Under the pieces are notes generated by a model. It saw only the letters and a list, made by a program, of their open reading frames with translations, ran no database searches and was not told where the DNA came from. From positions 9,012 through 73,011 of the forward strand of contig DYDE01000004.1 in NCBI GenBank assembly GCA_020718065.1: DNA of 64,000 bases, written 5' to 3'. The position numbers were made by a program, and so were the translations under genes. Numbering within the stretch: position 1 is the stretch's first letter; every line of letters begins with the position of its first letter. The stretch comes from Marinifilum sp. GTDB lineage: Bacteria > Bacteroidota > Bacteroidia > Bacteroidales > CG2-30-32-10. Positions 10,569 through 20,693 of the stretch are shown one piece after another.

Positions 10569-10847
10569 ATGGGAGAACAAACGATAACCATTTCTATTGC
10601 AGATCGACCATATCGATTAGCAATTAATAGTGAAAAAGAGGAAGAAAACGTACGTCAAGCAGCAAGATTTATTAATGAAAAAGTTAAAGAATATTCAACA
10701 CATTATGCATTTAAGGATAAACAAGATTTATTAGCCATGGTTGTGTTGCAGTTTGCTGCTAAAGTTCAGGATTTAGAATTACAAAATGAAATGGAATCAA
10801 AAAAAACAATAGAAGGATTGATAGAAATAGAAAAGATATTATCATAA
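10569..10847 (+). CDS. zapA: cell division protein ZapA
   Basis: ITISIADRPYRLAINSEKEEENVRQAARFINEKVKEY fits the ZapA N-terminal fold signature, ~92 aa. Confidence 0.75.
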   Translation: MGEQTITISIADRPYRLAINSEKEEENVRQAARFINEKVKEYSTHYAFKDKQDLLAMVVLQFAAKVQDLELQNEMESKKTIEGLIEIEKILS

Positions 10848-10886
10848 ATTGCAATAGAATCGTTCTTTGAAAAGTACTTAACGTAT

Positions 10887-11075
10887 ACCCGCGTTAATTC
10901 AAACAAGTTTATAAACTCAACAGTTTAAAAATTAGAACCAGCTCATAAATAGCTAGAGCAGGCTTCGACCTTAGGGTTTACAATTTATTGTAACCGAAGA
11001 AACTCGAAATATTTGGCAGTTCTATCCATGTTACAATGGGGTTTATTAAACCAATGGAATTAATGCGGGTTTTTT
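10887..11075 (+). ncRNA. ssrS: structured small RNA candidate, 6S RNA-like rod
   Basis: A 14-bp closing helix ACCCGCGTTAATTC (10887-10900) / GAATTAATGCGGGT (11057-11070, one G-U). It is extended by GTTTATAAAC (10907-10916) / GTTTATTAAAC (11041-11051) and TAGAAC (10933-10938) / GTTCTA (11019-11024). Apical hairpin at 10975-10995 and a 3' U-run at 11071-11075. No ORF. Confidence 0.45.
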
Positions 11076-11108
11076 ATTTATAAAAAAATAATTTAATTAA
11101 TTTGAAAA

Positions 11109-12650
11109 ATGGATATAATCATTATTATTATTGCTGCTTTTGGGGGGTTGATTATTGGAGGTGCTATTACTGCAACTCTTTTAAGAAAGACCATTGTTAA
11201 GAAAAGCCAACAAATATTAAAAGAAGCAGAAGCAGAAGCAGAAGTTCTTAAAAAAGATAAAATTCTTCAGGCAAAAGAAAAGTTTTTACAGCTAAAAACA
11301 GAACATGAAAAACTTGTTAATGAAAAAAATGTTGCAATTACTGCAAGCGAGAACAGAACAAAACAGAAAGAATTGGCAGCATCTCAAAAATTAGAAGAAT
11401 ATCAAAGAAAACAAAAAGAATTAACTGTAATTAAAGATAATCTTACTGCTCAGTTAGAAGTTGTTACTAAGAAACAAGTTGAACTTGATAAATCTAGTAA
11501 ACAACATATAGAAAAACTTGAAACAATTTCTGGTTTGTCTGCATCTGAAGCAAAAGATCAACTTATTGAATCTTTGAAAAATGAAGCTAAAAGTGAAGCA
11601 ATAGCTCAAATAAGAGATATTGTTGAAGAAACTAAGCTTTCAGCTAACAGAGAAGCTAAAAAGATTATAATTGAGACCATTCAACGAACTGCTACCGAAC
11701 AAGCAATAGAAAACACTGTTTCAGTGTTTAATATTGAAAACGATGAAATGAAAGGAAGAATTATTGGTAGGGAAGGTAGAAATATTCGTGCTTTAGAAGC
11801 AGCAACAGGAATCGAAATAATAGTTGATGATACCCCTGAAGCAATAATACTATCAGGATTTGATCCGGTTAGAAGAGAAATTGCACGCTTATCCCTTCAT
11901 AAACTTGTTACAGATGGACGAATACATCCTGCAAGAATTGAAGAAATAGTTGCAAAAACTAAAAAGCAAATAGAACAGGAAATTATTGAAATCGGTAAAC
12001 GTACATGTATCGATTTGGGTGTTCATAATTTACATCACGAACTCATTCGTATGGTAGGTAAAATGAAATACCGCTCATCGTATGGACAAAATTTGCTTCA
12101 ACACTCAAAAGAAGTAGCAAACCTATGCGCTACTATGGCAGCAGAGCTAGGATTAAATCCTAAAATTGCTAAACGTGCTGGGTTACTCCATGATATTGGC
12201 AAAGTTCCAGATAATGAACCAGAATTACCACATGCAATTCTCGGTATGAAGTTAGCTGAAAAATTTAAAGAAAGACCTGAAATATGTAATGCTATTGGAG
12301 CCCACCACGACGAAGTTGAAATGGATAGTCTTATTTCTCCTATTGTTCAGGTATGTGACGCCATTTCAGGTGCACGTCCTGGTGCAAGAAGAGAAGTTGT
12401 AGAAGCGTATATAAAACGCTTAAAAGATCTTGAAGAATTGGCGCTTTCATATCCAGGGGTTATAAAGACCTATGCTATTCAAGCAGGAAGAGAGCTCAGA
12501 GTTCTTGTTGGAAGTGAGAAGATTTCTGATGAGGAAGCAGAACATATTTCTTATGATTTATCCAAAAAAATACAGACAGAAATGACTTATCCTGGTCAAA
12601 TTAAAATCACAGTTATTAGAGAGACCAGAGCCGTCAACTTCGCAAAATAA
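11109..12650 (+). CDS. rny: ribonuclease Y
   Basis: N-terminal TM helix, long coiled coil, KH domain ([15 protein letters not shown]), HD domain (LLHDIGK ... GAHHD), 513 aa. Confidence 0.95.
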   Translation: MDIIIIIIAAFGGLIIGGAITATLLRKTIVKKSQQILKEAEAEAEVLKKDKILQAKEKFLQLKTEHEKLVNEKNVAITASENRTKQKELAASQKLEEYQRKQKELTVIKDNLTAQLEVVTKKQVELDKSSKQHIEKLETISGLSASEAKDQLIESLKNEAKSEAIAQIRDIVEETKLSANREAKKIIIETIQRTATEQAIENTVSVFNIENDEMKGRIIGREGRNIRALEAATGIEIIVDDTPEAIILSGFDPVRREIARLSLHKLVTDGRIHPARIEEIVAKTKKQIEQEIIEIGKRTCIDLGVHNLHHELIRMVGKMKYRSSYGQNLLQHSKEVANLCATMAAELGLNPKIAKRAGLLHDIGKVPDNEPELPHAILGMKLAEKFKERPEICNAIGAHHDEVEMDSLISPIVQVCDAISGARPGARREVVEAYIKRLKDLEELALSYPGVIKTYAIQAGRELRVLVGSEKISDEEAEHISYDLSKKIQTEMTYPGQIKITVIRETRAVNFAK

Positions 12651-12655
12651 TTTTT

Positions 12656-14182
12656 ATGACCAATAAAATTCGTGTTCGTTTTGCTCCGAGCCCCACAGGG
12701 CCTTTGCATATTGGTGGTGTCAGAACTGCTTTATATAATTATCTTTTTGCAAAAAAAAACAATGGAGATTTTATTCTTCGTATTGAAGATACCGACCAAA
12801 CAAGGTTTGTGCCTGATGCAGAAAACTATATAATTGAATCTCTTGAATGGTGTGGGTTGAAGTTTGACGAAGGGGTTCATATTGGCGGGTCTCATGCACC
12901 ATATCGTCAGTCTGAACGTAAGGAAATATATAAAAAATATGCTGATTTTCTGATAGAGAAAGGTTATGCATACTATGCTTTTGATACTTCAGAACAATTA
13001 GAAACAATTCGCAAACAATATGAATCAGGCAAAAGCACATTTTTTTATAATTCTGAAACTCGTTTAAAGTTAATTAATTCTCTTACTATTGCTGAAGACG
13101 AGGTAAAACAAAAAATAGAATCCGGAGAAAAATATGTAATTCGTATTAAAATTCCTGAAAATGAACAAATAATTGTTAATGATCAAATAAGAGGAACTGT
13201 TGTTTTTGAATCATCGATATTAGATGATAAAGTGCTCTTTAAATCTGATGGAATGCCAACATATCATCTTGCTAATGTAGTTGATGATTACTTAATGAAA
13301 ATATCACATGTAATCAGAGGTGAAGAATGGCTGCCTTCCGCTCCCTTACATGTATTATTATATCGTTATCTTGGATGGGAAAAAGAAATGCCTCAGTTTG
13401 CTCATTTACCTTTACTTTTAAAACCTGATGGAAACGGAAAGCTAAGCAAACGTGATGGCGATAGATTAGGGTTTCCAGTATTTCCTTTGCAATGGATTGA
13501 TCCATTTTCAAAAGAAATTTCTTCAGGATATAGAGAATCGGGTTATTTCCCTGAAGCATTTATAAATATGCTGGCTTTTCTTGGTTGGAATCCTGGTACT
13601 GAACAAGAAATATTTTCTTTAGAGGATTTAATTCAGTCGTTTACAATAGAAAGAGTTGGTAAATCTGGCTCCAAATTCGATCCTGAAAAAGCAAAATGGT
13701 TTAATCATCAGTATATTCAGAAAAAAGATGAGAAAACATTGGCTTCTTTATTTTCATTAGTTCTAATTGAAAAAAACATTTCTGTTAGTCTCGGCTATAT
13801 TGAAGCTGTTTGTGTTTTAATGAAAGAAAGAATAAATTTTGTTAGTGAATTGTGGGAAAAAGCATCTTTCTTCTTTATTGCTCCTACCTCTTATGATTCA
13901 AAACTAATTAAAGACAAATGGAAAGATAATTCTTCGCAAATATTGATTTTATTTTCGGAGATGCTAAATAAACTTGAAACTTTTAATTCTACATCTATTG
14001 ATACCAATATTAATGAGTTTTTAACAGCAAATCAAATAGGAAAAGGTCAGTTAATGCCTTTATTACGTCTTAGTCTTGTTGGGAATTCAACTGGTCCTGA
14101 TATAACTCAAATAATTACAATTATTGGAAAAAAAGAAGTCATAAAACGCATTAACTCCTGTATTGCAATTATAGCAAATTGA
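12656..14182 (+). CDS. gltX: glutamate--tRNA ligase
   Basis: RFAPSPTGPLHIGGVRTALYNY (HIGH motif) and KLSKRDG (KMSKS motif), 508 aa. Confidence 0.95.
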   Translation: MTNKIRVRFAPSPTGPLHIGGVRTALYNYLFAKKNNGDFILRIEDTDQTRFVPDAENYIIESLEWCGLKFDEGVHIGGSHAPYRQSERKEIYKKYADFLIEKGYAYYAFDTSEQLETIRKQYESGKSTFFYNSETRLKLINSLTIAEDEVKQKIESGEKYVIRIKIPENEQIIVNDQIRGTVVFESSILDDKVLFKSDGMPTYHLANVVDDYLMKISHVIRGEEWLPSAPLHVLLYRYLGWEKEMPQFAHLPLLLKPDGNGKLSKRDGDRLGFPVFPLQWIDPFSKEISSGYRESGYFPEAFINMLAFLGWNPGTEQEIFSLEDLIQSFTIERVGKSGSKFDPEKAKWFNHQYIQKKDEKTLASLFSLVLIEKNISVSLGYIEAVCVLMKERINFVSELWEKASFFFIAPTSYDSKLIKDKWKDNSSQILILFSEMLNKLETFNSTSIDTNINEFLTANQIGKGQLMPLLRLSLVGNSTGPDITQIITIIGKKEVIKRINSCIAIIAN

Positions 14183-14189
14183 ATTTTAT

Positions 14190-14229
14190 AAAAAAGGTTG
14201 ATCTATCCATTGTAAATCAACCTTTTTTT
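14190..14229. terminator. bidirectional rho-independent terminator (gltX / convergent minus-strand operon)
   Basis: AAAAAGGTTGAT ... ATCAACCTTTTTTT hairpin (GGTTGAT 14196-14202 / ATCAACC 14216-14222) with an A-run and a T-run. Confidence 0.6.
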
Positions 14230-14243
14230 ATAAATAAAATGAG

Positions 14244-14918
14244 TTATTTACCACACAACTCAATAAAGTACATTTCTACACTTAACACCTCATTAGAAGC
14301 TTCTTGTGGATAAACCCAATGAAAATCATCGTTCCATCCTTCTTTTGTAACTAGAAATAAACTATATTTCTCTGAATGGTAGTTGGGAACAACAATAACT
14401 TTCTTCCATAGTTCTACCATTTCTGCATCATATTTAGCAATTCTGTCTTTTTCTTCTGTTGTATTGCCAACATAAACAGTGTTTCCTTTGCCAGCTATTG
14501 AGCCACTTGCTAGACTTTTTATATTATACTTATCTGGCAATTGAATCATTTGTTTATATATTTCGTCATTTTGAGTAGTTGATTTAATTAGTTTGTTGAC
14601 ATCCCATTTTTGTTCATAACGGAAAACAATTTTACTTTTTCCAATTACTCCATTTTTCTTTATACGTGCATTTCTTGCTTGCTTGGTTTCGTTTGAAAGA
14701 GGTGCATTTATACGATTTTCATACAAAATCCAAGTAGTATCCTTTCTTTCTAATATAAATTTATCGTTTTCCTGATAGAAATCCCAATTTTTAGGTATAG
14801 AATTTTTGATGATTTTTAAAGTTGCATCTTTATCAATATCATCAGTATTTTTATTTTGACTTTTTAAAGCAATAAATGGGGTTCCACAAATTAGAATCAT
14901 TAATAATATACGTCTCAT
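14244..14918 (-). CDS. hypothetical secreted protein
   Basis: Signal peptide MRRILLMILICGTPFIALKSQ and no recognisable domain. It is the last gene of a three-gene minus-strand unit. Confidence 0.5.
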   Translation of the reverse strand: MRRILLMILICGTPFIALKSQNKNTDDIDKDATLKIIKNSIPKNWDFYQENDKFILERKDTTWILYENRINAPLSNETKQARNARIKKNGVIGKSKIVFRYEQKWDVNKLIKSTTQNDEIYKQMIQLPDKYNIKSLASGSIAGKGNTVYVGNTTEEKDRIAKYDAEMVELWKKVIVVPNYHSEKYSLFLVTKEGWNDDFHWVYPQEASNEVLSVEMYFIELCGK

Positions 14919-14942
14919 GGTAAAAAGTTTTAATAATTTTTA

Positions 14943-15518
14943 TTAATCTGTAATTTCAAAAGACTTCATAAATTTATTTACATCTTTTTTATTTATATTC
15001 GCAGTTGGTGAAAAGACTGCTATTTGATACAAAATATTCTTAACAATTATTACTTTGTAATTAACTGTAAGGTTTTGGGCAGGTATTAAAATAATTGCTT
15101 CAATACCCTCAGATTTTTTTTGTTTAAATTTTTCTTGTTCTTTTATTTCTCCTTTGTATGAATCTTTAAATTTCGTCAATGCTGCAGTATTTGAAGCTTC
15201 ATATCCTGTTGGTGCATTGTCTTTAAGAATAGTCCATATAAGTAAAAAATCTGCTCCTCCATTTTTTGCAGTAACAGTTGTAACTTTTCCTTCTGTTGTT
15301 TCCTGAAAACTGTTTTCATATTTTACAGGGAAATAAATTTCTATATAACCAGGTTTTGAGAAATACTTTACCCAATCTCCTCCTTTGGTTGATAAAGACG
15401 AGTTAGGAAAGGGCTGATTTGCTTTTGTAGTAAAAATTGTTGTAGTAAAAACACATATAAATAAGAGAAAAAAGTTAATTTTTTTTACTAAGCTTTGTTT
15501 TTCTTTTTGCAGTTTCAT
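14943..15518 (-). CDS. hypothetical secreted protein
   Basis: N-terminal hydrophobic signal (INFFLLFICVFTTTIFTTKA) and no recognisable domain. Confidence 0.5.
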   Translation of the reverse strand: MKLQKEKQSLVKKINFFLLFICVFTTTIFTTKANQPFPNSSLSTKGGDWVKYFSKPGYIEIYFPVKYENSFQETTEGKVTTVTAKNGGADFLLIWTILKDNAPTGYEASNTAALTKFKDSYKGEIKEQEKFKQKKSEGIEAIILIPAQNLTVNYKVIIVKNILYQIAVFSPTANINKKDVNKFMKSFEITD

Positions 15519-15584
15519 AAGATTAATTTTAAATGAATGAAAAATTATTTACTAATTATTAAAATAGACAATTATAATGCCATA

Positions 15585-17177
15585 TTATTCAACAATGGTT
15601 ATTTTTTTGACTATTGTTCCATTAGAAGTTTTAAATTCTAATAGGTATATACCATTATTCAGTGCTTTTTTATTCCATATATAAGTATATATACCTTGTT
15701 GCTGATTTTTATTAACCAAAATAGCTTTTTTGTTACCAATTAAATCATAAACAATTAGAGATACATCTGTTGGTTTTGGAATAAAGTATGTTATATTGGT
15801 AGAAGTGCTAAAAGGATTAGGACTTGTAGAAAGAGAAATTTTATTTTCGGTAATTTCATTAATTCCATCTGCAATAACATGAATGTCTTGGCAATAAGTA
15901 TCAGTTTGATTAGTATTATTATTGACAACAGTAACGCAAGCATGATACATACCTGAGTCAGCATAAACATGATAGGGAGCACAGGAAGATGAATCTGCAT
16001 CTCCATCGCCAAAATGCCATATCATATGAGAAGGATCCCCTAAAGAAGAACCTTTGAAATCAACTGGTGTAGCAGCTTTATGATGATAATTGTTATTGAT
16101 CAAATAGCCAAACATGCCCTTCAATCCAGGATCTATAACTCCAACATTTATTAACTGAACATAATCACTAGAACTATTGGCATTTGAAGCTTTTAAATGA
16201 ACAAGGTACAATCCGGCTGTACTATATAATCTTGTTACATTTTGTGAGGTAGCTGTTGCACCGTCACCAAAATCCCAACTCCAACTTGTTGGATTACCAG
16301 TAGAGTTATCACGAAAAGTTACTAACCTACTTGCATTTGCCCAAAAATTAAAAGAAGCATTGCAGGTATTTGAATTAGTTCTTGATGGGACAAATTGACA
16401 TCCTGTATTATAGCAACTATGTGCATCATCCCAAACAGATAAACACACATTATAGAAACCTGATTGAGAATATTTTTTCTTGGGATTTTGTTCACTAGAA
16501 GTAGTATTATCTCCAAAATTCCAATTGAAATGTGTTAAATTGTTTCCTAGGGAATTATCATAAAACCTAATAGAATCGGTAACAAAATCTGAAGAAAAGT
16601 TGAAATCTGCACGACAATCAATATTATTTGTGCCAACAGAAATAACTTCATGATAAATGTCCATACATGAATTTGCAATATTGAATACTAATAGTCTTAC
16701 ATTATAATATCCATAGGAAGGATAAGAATGCAAAGGAGGATTTTGCAAATTCGATGTAGTTCCATCTCCAAACTCCCATAACCAATGATTAGGTGAACCC
16801 ATCGACATGTCTGTAAAAGATACATCATTTCCATTCACAACATATTCAAAACTAGAATTGCAAAGATTGTTTGTATTACCAACTTCAATTAATTTGGAAA
16901 TTGTAGAGTAACATGTATCATTATAGTTTACTGTTAGTTTAACCAAATAAAAACCAGGTTGAGAATAAGTTATATTAAATGGTGTAGAAGAATTATTATT
17001 TGAGAATGTTCCATCTCCAAAATCCCAAAAAGATGAGCTATGACCTGCTGTTGATACATTCTCTATACCAACAACATTACTTGTTGTTGTTGTATTTGCA
17101 AAAAAATCCGAAATACATTCTGCACTGGCAAATTTAAATGCCGTTAAAATCAATAAAGTAAAAATTATTTTTTTCAT
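15585..17177 (-). CDS. multi-PKD-domain protein with T9SS C-terminal sorting domain
   Basis: At least five repeats of the PKD signature (W.FGDG..S......H.Y...G.Y.V.L). CTD is LSTSPNPFSTSTNITYF...NGIYLLEFKTSNGTIVKKITIVE. I prefer the ATG at 17177 (MKKIIFTLLIL signal peptide) over the tracked start at 17228. Confidence 0.8.
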   Translation of the reverse strand: MKKIIFTLLILTAFKFASAECISDFFANTTTTSNVVGIENVSTAGHSSSFWDFGDGTFSNNNSSTPFNITYSQPGFYLVKLTVNYNDTCYSTISKLIEVGNTNNLCNSSFEYVVNGNDVSFTDMSMGSPNHWLWEFGDGTTSNLQNPPLHSYPSYGYYNVRLLVFNIANSCMDIYHEVISVGTNNIDCRADFNFSSDFVTDSIRFYDNSLGNNLTHFNWNFGDNTTSSEQNPKKKYSQSGFYNVCLSVWDDAHSCYNTGCQFVPSRTNSNTCNASFNFWANASRLVTFRDNSTGNPTSWSWDFGDGATATSQNVTRLYSTAGLYLVHLKASNANSSSDYVQLINVGVIDPGLKGMFGYLINNNYHHKAATPVDFKGSSLGDPSHMIWHFGDGDADSSSCAPYHVYADSGMYHACVTVVNNNTNQTDTYCQDIHVIADGINEITENKISLSTSPNPFSTSTNITYFIPKPTDVSLIVYDLIGNKKAILVNKNQQQGIYTYIWNKKALNNGIYLLEFKTSNGTIVKKITIVE

Positions 17178-17469
17178 ATCATTGAGATTAAGTAAATATT
17201 TAATTTTTTCTATTGAGGTAATCAACAAATTTAAAAAAATAAATCATTAAAACAAAAAAATCATTTAATAAATTTACTGTATTCATCGTTTTAATAATAA
17301 ATTATTACTTTGAAGGAAAATATAATATGGATAATTTTAATATCGGTCTATTTTGCTTTGTAAGTATGTGTAAGATAAATTTTTATAAAAATAAAAAAAA
17401 TCGTATATTGCAAACCTTTAAGAGTCTTATTAACTCATTTAAAGCGAATTTAAATTAACATTTAATATT

Positions 17470-19080
17470 ATGAACAAAAGAAGACAAACGTATATTTTCT
17501 TTTTTCTGGTGCTTTTTTTCACAAATTCATCTATTGCTCTAAAAATTGATGGAGTGAAAGATACGATTATTAAGGATACTGTTTTTACTCCCATTTTTCA
17601 ACAAAATTACCAGATAACAGACGACCCTATTGTTTCTATGTTTGATAGTCTCACTCAAATAACTTTTATTGACACTCTTGCTTCAAAAAATTCAATGCCT
17701 ACTTATGATCCCAATATTTATAGTAGTTATGATGCTTTGGATTCGCTTTATGCAAAACGATTAGCAATTCTTAATGTTAATTCTCCCTTTAAATACGAAT
17801 ATAATGATGATGTAAGAAGTTATATTGATATTTATGTTTCAAAAAAACGTTCTCTTACTGCTAGAATGCTCGGTATGTCAAAAGTCTATTTCCCTCTTTT
17901 TGAAGAACAATTAGACAAGTATAATTTACCTTTAGAATTAAAATATCTTGCAATTGTTGAATCTGCTCTGATTCCAACTGCAAAATCAAGAGCGGGTGCA
18001 GCCGGTTTGTGGCAATTTATGCTGGGAACCGGAAGGATGTACGATTTGAGTGTGTCTTCTTATGTTGATGATAGATTTGACCCTTTAAAATCAACTATTG
18101 CAGCTTGTGAACATTTTCAAGATCTTTATACTGTCTATCACGATTGGGCATTGGTATTGGCTGCTTATAATTCAGGAGCTGGAAATGTAAATAAGGCTAT
18201 CAAAAGATCGGGCGGTGAGATGGATTTTTGGAAAATTAAACCTTATCTCCCTCGTGAAACACAAGGCTATGTACCAGCTTTTATAGCTGTTAGTTATGTG
18301 ATGAACTTTGCTTCAGAACATAATATTTATCCTGTGGAACCTAAAATTGCACAAATAAAAACAGATACTGTAATAATTCATAAAGAACTAACATTTGCCC
18401 AACTTTCAGAATACTTAAAAGTTCCAATTGAGGATCTTGCTTTGTTAAACCCATGTTATAAAGCAGGAGTAATCCCGGCTTATGAGAATAAAAAGTATGT
18501 ATTGCGTTTGCCAATCGAATATATTGATAATTTTGTTACTCATGATACTGCTATTTATAAATATAAATCAAAAAACGAGCAATTAAATCAGGAATGGCTT
18601 GCTATCCAGAAAAAAGAAATGGAGAAATTCAAAAAAACACTGAATAAAGGCAAGTATTCTACCGGTTACCACACCGTTAAAAAAGGAGAAACATTGGGTT
18701 CCATTGCAGGCATGTACAATTGCACCATAAAAGAGATAAAAGACTGGAATAATCTGAAGGGAACAAACATCAATATTGGTCAAAAACTTTATGTATATTC
18801 AGATAAAAAAGTAAAAAATCTTACAACAAACACTACAACTGTAAATACCAAGGTGAAAGACATCAATAAAACAGTGGTTAACAAAAATGCTCCTACTGAT
18901 AACAAAAAAACGACTTTATCAAAGAAATTTATTTATTATACTGTTCAGAAAGGTGATACTTTGTGGAGTATTGCGAATAAATATCCTGGAGTTTCTGTTG
19001 ATGACATAAAGAAAGCCAATAATTTAAATGATGTAAAGCTACAACCTGGACAAAAATTAAAAATTACAATTTCCAGTTAA
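17470..19080 (+). CDS. lytic murein transglycosylase (MltD-like) with two LysM domains
   Basis: SLT core LAIVESALIPTAKSRAGAAGLWQFMLGTG ... AAYNSGAGNV. Two C-terminal LysM repeats (YHTVKKGETLGSIAGMY..; YYTVQKGDTLWSIANKY..). Confidence 0.85.
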   Translation: MNKRRQTYIFFFLVLFFTNSSIALKIDGVKDTIIKDTVFTPIFQQNYQITDDPIVSMFDSLTQITFIDTLASKNSMPTYDPNIYSSYDALDSLYAKRLAILNVNSPFKYEYNDDVRSYIDIYVSKKRSLTARMLGMSKVYFPLFEEQLDKYNLPLELKYLAIVESALIPTAKSRAGAAGLWQFMLGTGRMYDLSVSSYVDDRFDPLKSTIAACEHFQDLYTVYHDWALVLAAYNSGAGNVNKAIKRSGGEMDFWKIKPYLPRETQGYVPAFIAVSYVMNFASEHNIYPVEPKIAQIKTDTVIIHKELTFAQLSEYLKVPIEDLALLNPCYKAGVIPAYENKKYVLRLPIEYIDNFVTHDTAIYKYKSKNEQLNQEWLAIQKKEMEKFKKTLNKGKYSTGYHTVKKGETLGSIAGMYNCTIKEIKDWNNLKGTNINIGQKLYVYSDKKVKNLTTNTTTVNTKVKDINKTVVNKNAPTDNKKTTLSKKFIYYTVQKGDTLWSIANKYPGVSVDDIKKANNLNDVKLQPGQKLKITISS

Positions 19081-19153
19081 ATTTAATTTTCTTTATAAAA
19101 ATGAGTTGATTAAAGATATCAGCTCAATAAAAACATAGTTATTACCTATCTAA

Positions 19154-20605
19154 ATGATGCAACCCCCCAAAAAAACAATACTAATCATTGGTATTCTGAT
19201 ATCAATGGCAGTATTTTTCTTTTGTTATAAGTATATTATATCAAAACAAAGCAACGAGTATTCAATAACTATAAAAGTCAATGGAATTCAAAGCAAACAA
19301 GCCTATCTTTCATTATTAAAAGGTGGAAAGCAAATAATGATTGATACCACAGAAATTGATGATGAAAAAATGCATTTTCAATTCAATGGTCCAGTATTGG
19401 TAGGTATGTATCGTGTTATTCTAGATGAAGGAAATTACATAGACCTCGTTTTTGATAACAAGCCTGTTAAAATGGAAACGAATATTAATGATTTGGTAGC
19501 TGAAATGCAAATCATAAAATCTGATGAAAATCAACAATACTACGAATACCTTAAATTTTCCCAATCTAAAAATTTAAAAATATTCGATATTGTTGCAAAA
19601 GCAAAAGAGTTGCAAGCAGATACAATTAAAAATGCTGCCAGAATTGATAGTCTTAAGAATGAAATTGACAATGTAATTAGTGAAAAAAATAAATTCATTA
19701 TCGACTTTTCTGCAAAAAAACCTAATAGTATAACATCACGTATCGTAAAATCTTATATATTGCCTGATTTCAACGAGTTTAAAAAAAAGAATCCCACTAC
19801 TACTTATAAAAATAAAAACGAGTATCTGGGAGATCATTTTTTCGATTATATAAACTTCAATGATACCCTCTTATTATATACCGATGTGTTTTATAATGCT
19901 TGTAATAATTACATTCGTAATTTTGTTACTGCTGATGGGAATGGTTACCGTAAGGCTATAGATGTTGTTATGTCTAAATCTTCTTCTAGTCCAAAGGTGA
20001 ATAAATATTTTCTTGACCTTTTTGTTGAAACTTTTGAAGAATCGAGTTGGGAAAGCGTATTCACTTATCTGGTAGAAAACTATTATCTCCAATCATATTG
20101 CGAAAGCGATGATACAATTGCCAAAGAATTAAAAAACAAAACTGAAATATTAAAAAACTTAGCAATAGGAAACAAAGCTCCTGAAATTCTATTAAAAGAT
20201 GAAAACAACAAAGAAACCTCACTTTATTCTTTAAATAAAAGCCTTTATTTAGTGTTTTTCTGGAAATCAAGCTGCGAATATTGTGAAGAATCTATTCCCC
20301 AATTAAAGAAATTATATTCTACTTATAAAAATTCAGGTTTTGAAATTTTAGCAGTTTCTATTGATACGATTAAAACAAAATGGGTTGATGCTTTAAATAA
20401 AAATAATACCACCTGGATTAATCTTTCCGACCAAAAGGGTTATAAAAGCATTGTTTCTAAAAACTATTATGTTTGGCGAACACCTACATATTATTTGCTC
20501 GACAAAGAGAAGAAAATCATAAGTAAACCTGTTTCTGTCGAGCAAATAGAAAGCAAGTTAAAAAAAGTATTTAGTTATATTACGATAGATAAAAACACAA
20601 AATAA
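19154..20605 (+). CDS. TlpA-family thiol:disulfide oxidoreductase with a long N-terminal domain
   Basis: N-terminal TM helix and a C-terminal thioredoxin fold with CxxC (WKSSCEYCEES). Confidence 0.7.
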   Translation: MMQPPKKTILIIGILISMAVFFFCYKYIISKQSNEYSITIKVNGIQSKQAYLSLLKGGKQIMIDTTEIDDEKMHFQFNGPVLVGMYRVILDEGNYIDLVFDNKPVKMETNINDLVAEMQIIKSDENQQYYEYLKFSQSKNLKIFDIVAKAKELQADTIKNAARIDSLKNEIDNVISEKNKFIIDFSAKKPNSITSRIVKSYILPDFNEFKKKNPTTTYKNKNEYLGDHFFDYINFNDTLLLYTDVFYNACNNYIRNFVTADGNGYRKAIDVVMSKSSSSPKVNKYFLDLFVETFEESSWESVFTYLVENYYLQSYCESDDTIAKELKNKTEILKNLAIGNKAPEILLKDENNKETSLYSLNKSLYLVFFWKSSCEYCEESIPQLKKLYSTYKNSGFEILAVSIDTIKTKWVDALNKNNTTWINLSDQKGYKSIVSKNYYVWRTPTYYLLDKEKKIISKPVSVEQIESKLKKVFSYITIDKNTK

Positions 20606-20693
20606 GATTTTCAAGAAATTAAATTCATATTTTCTTGCATACAATTCAGAAAAGGTTTATAATTTTGTGCTCAAAACTAAGCAACTAAAGCAG

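Noticed and set aside
10860-11080. The zapA-rny spacer as a plain terminator or a tRNA
   Set aside because: The paired arms are separated by ~156 nt with further internal helices, which is not a terminator hairpin. There is no cloverleaf, anticodon arm or T-loop GTTCRANYC.
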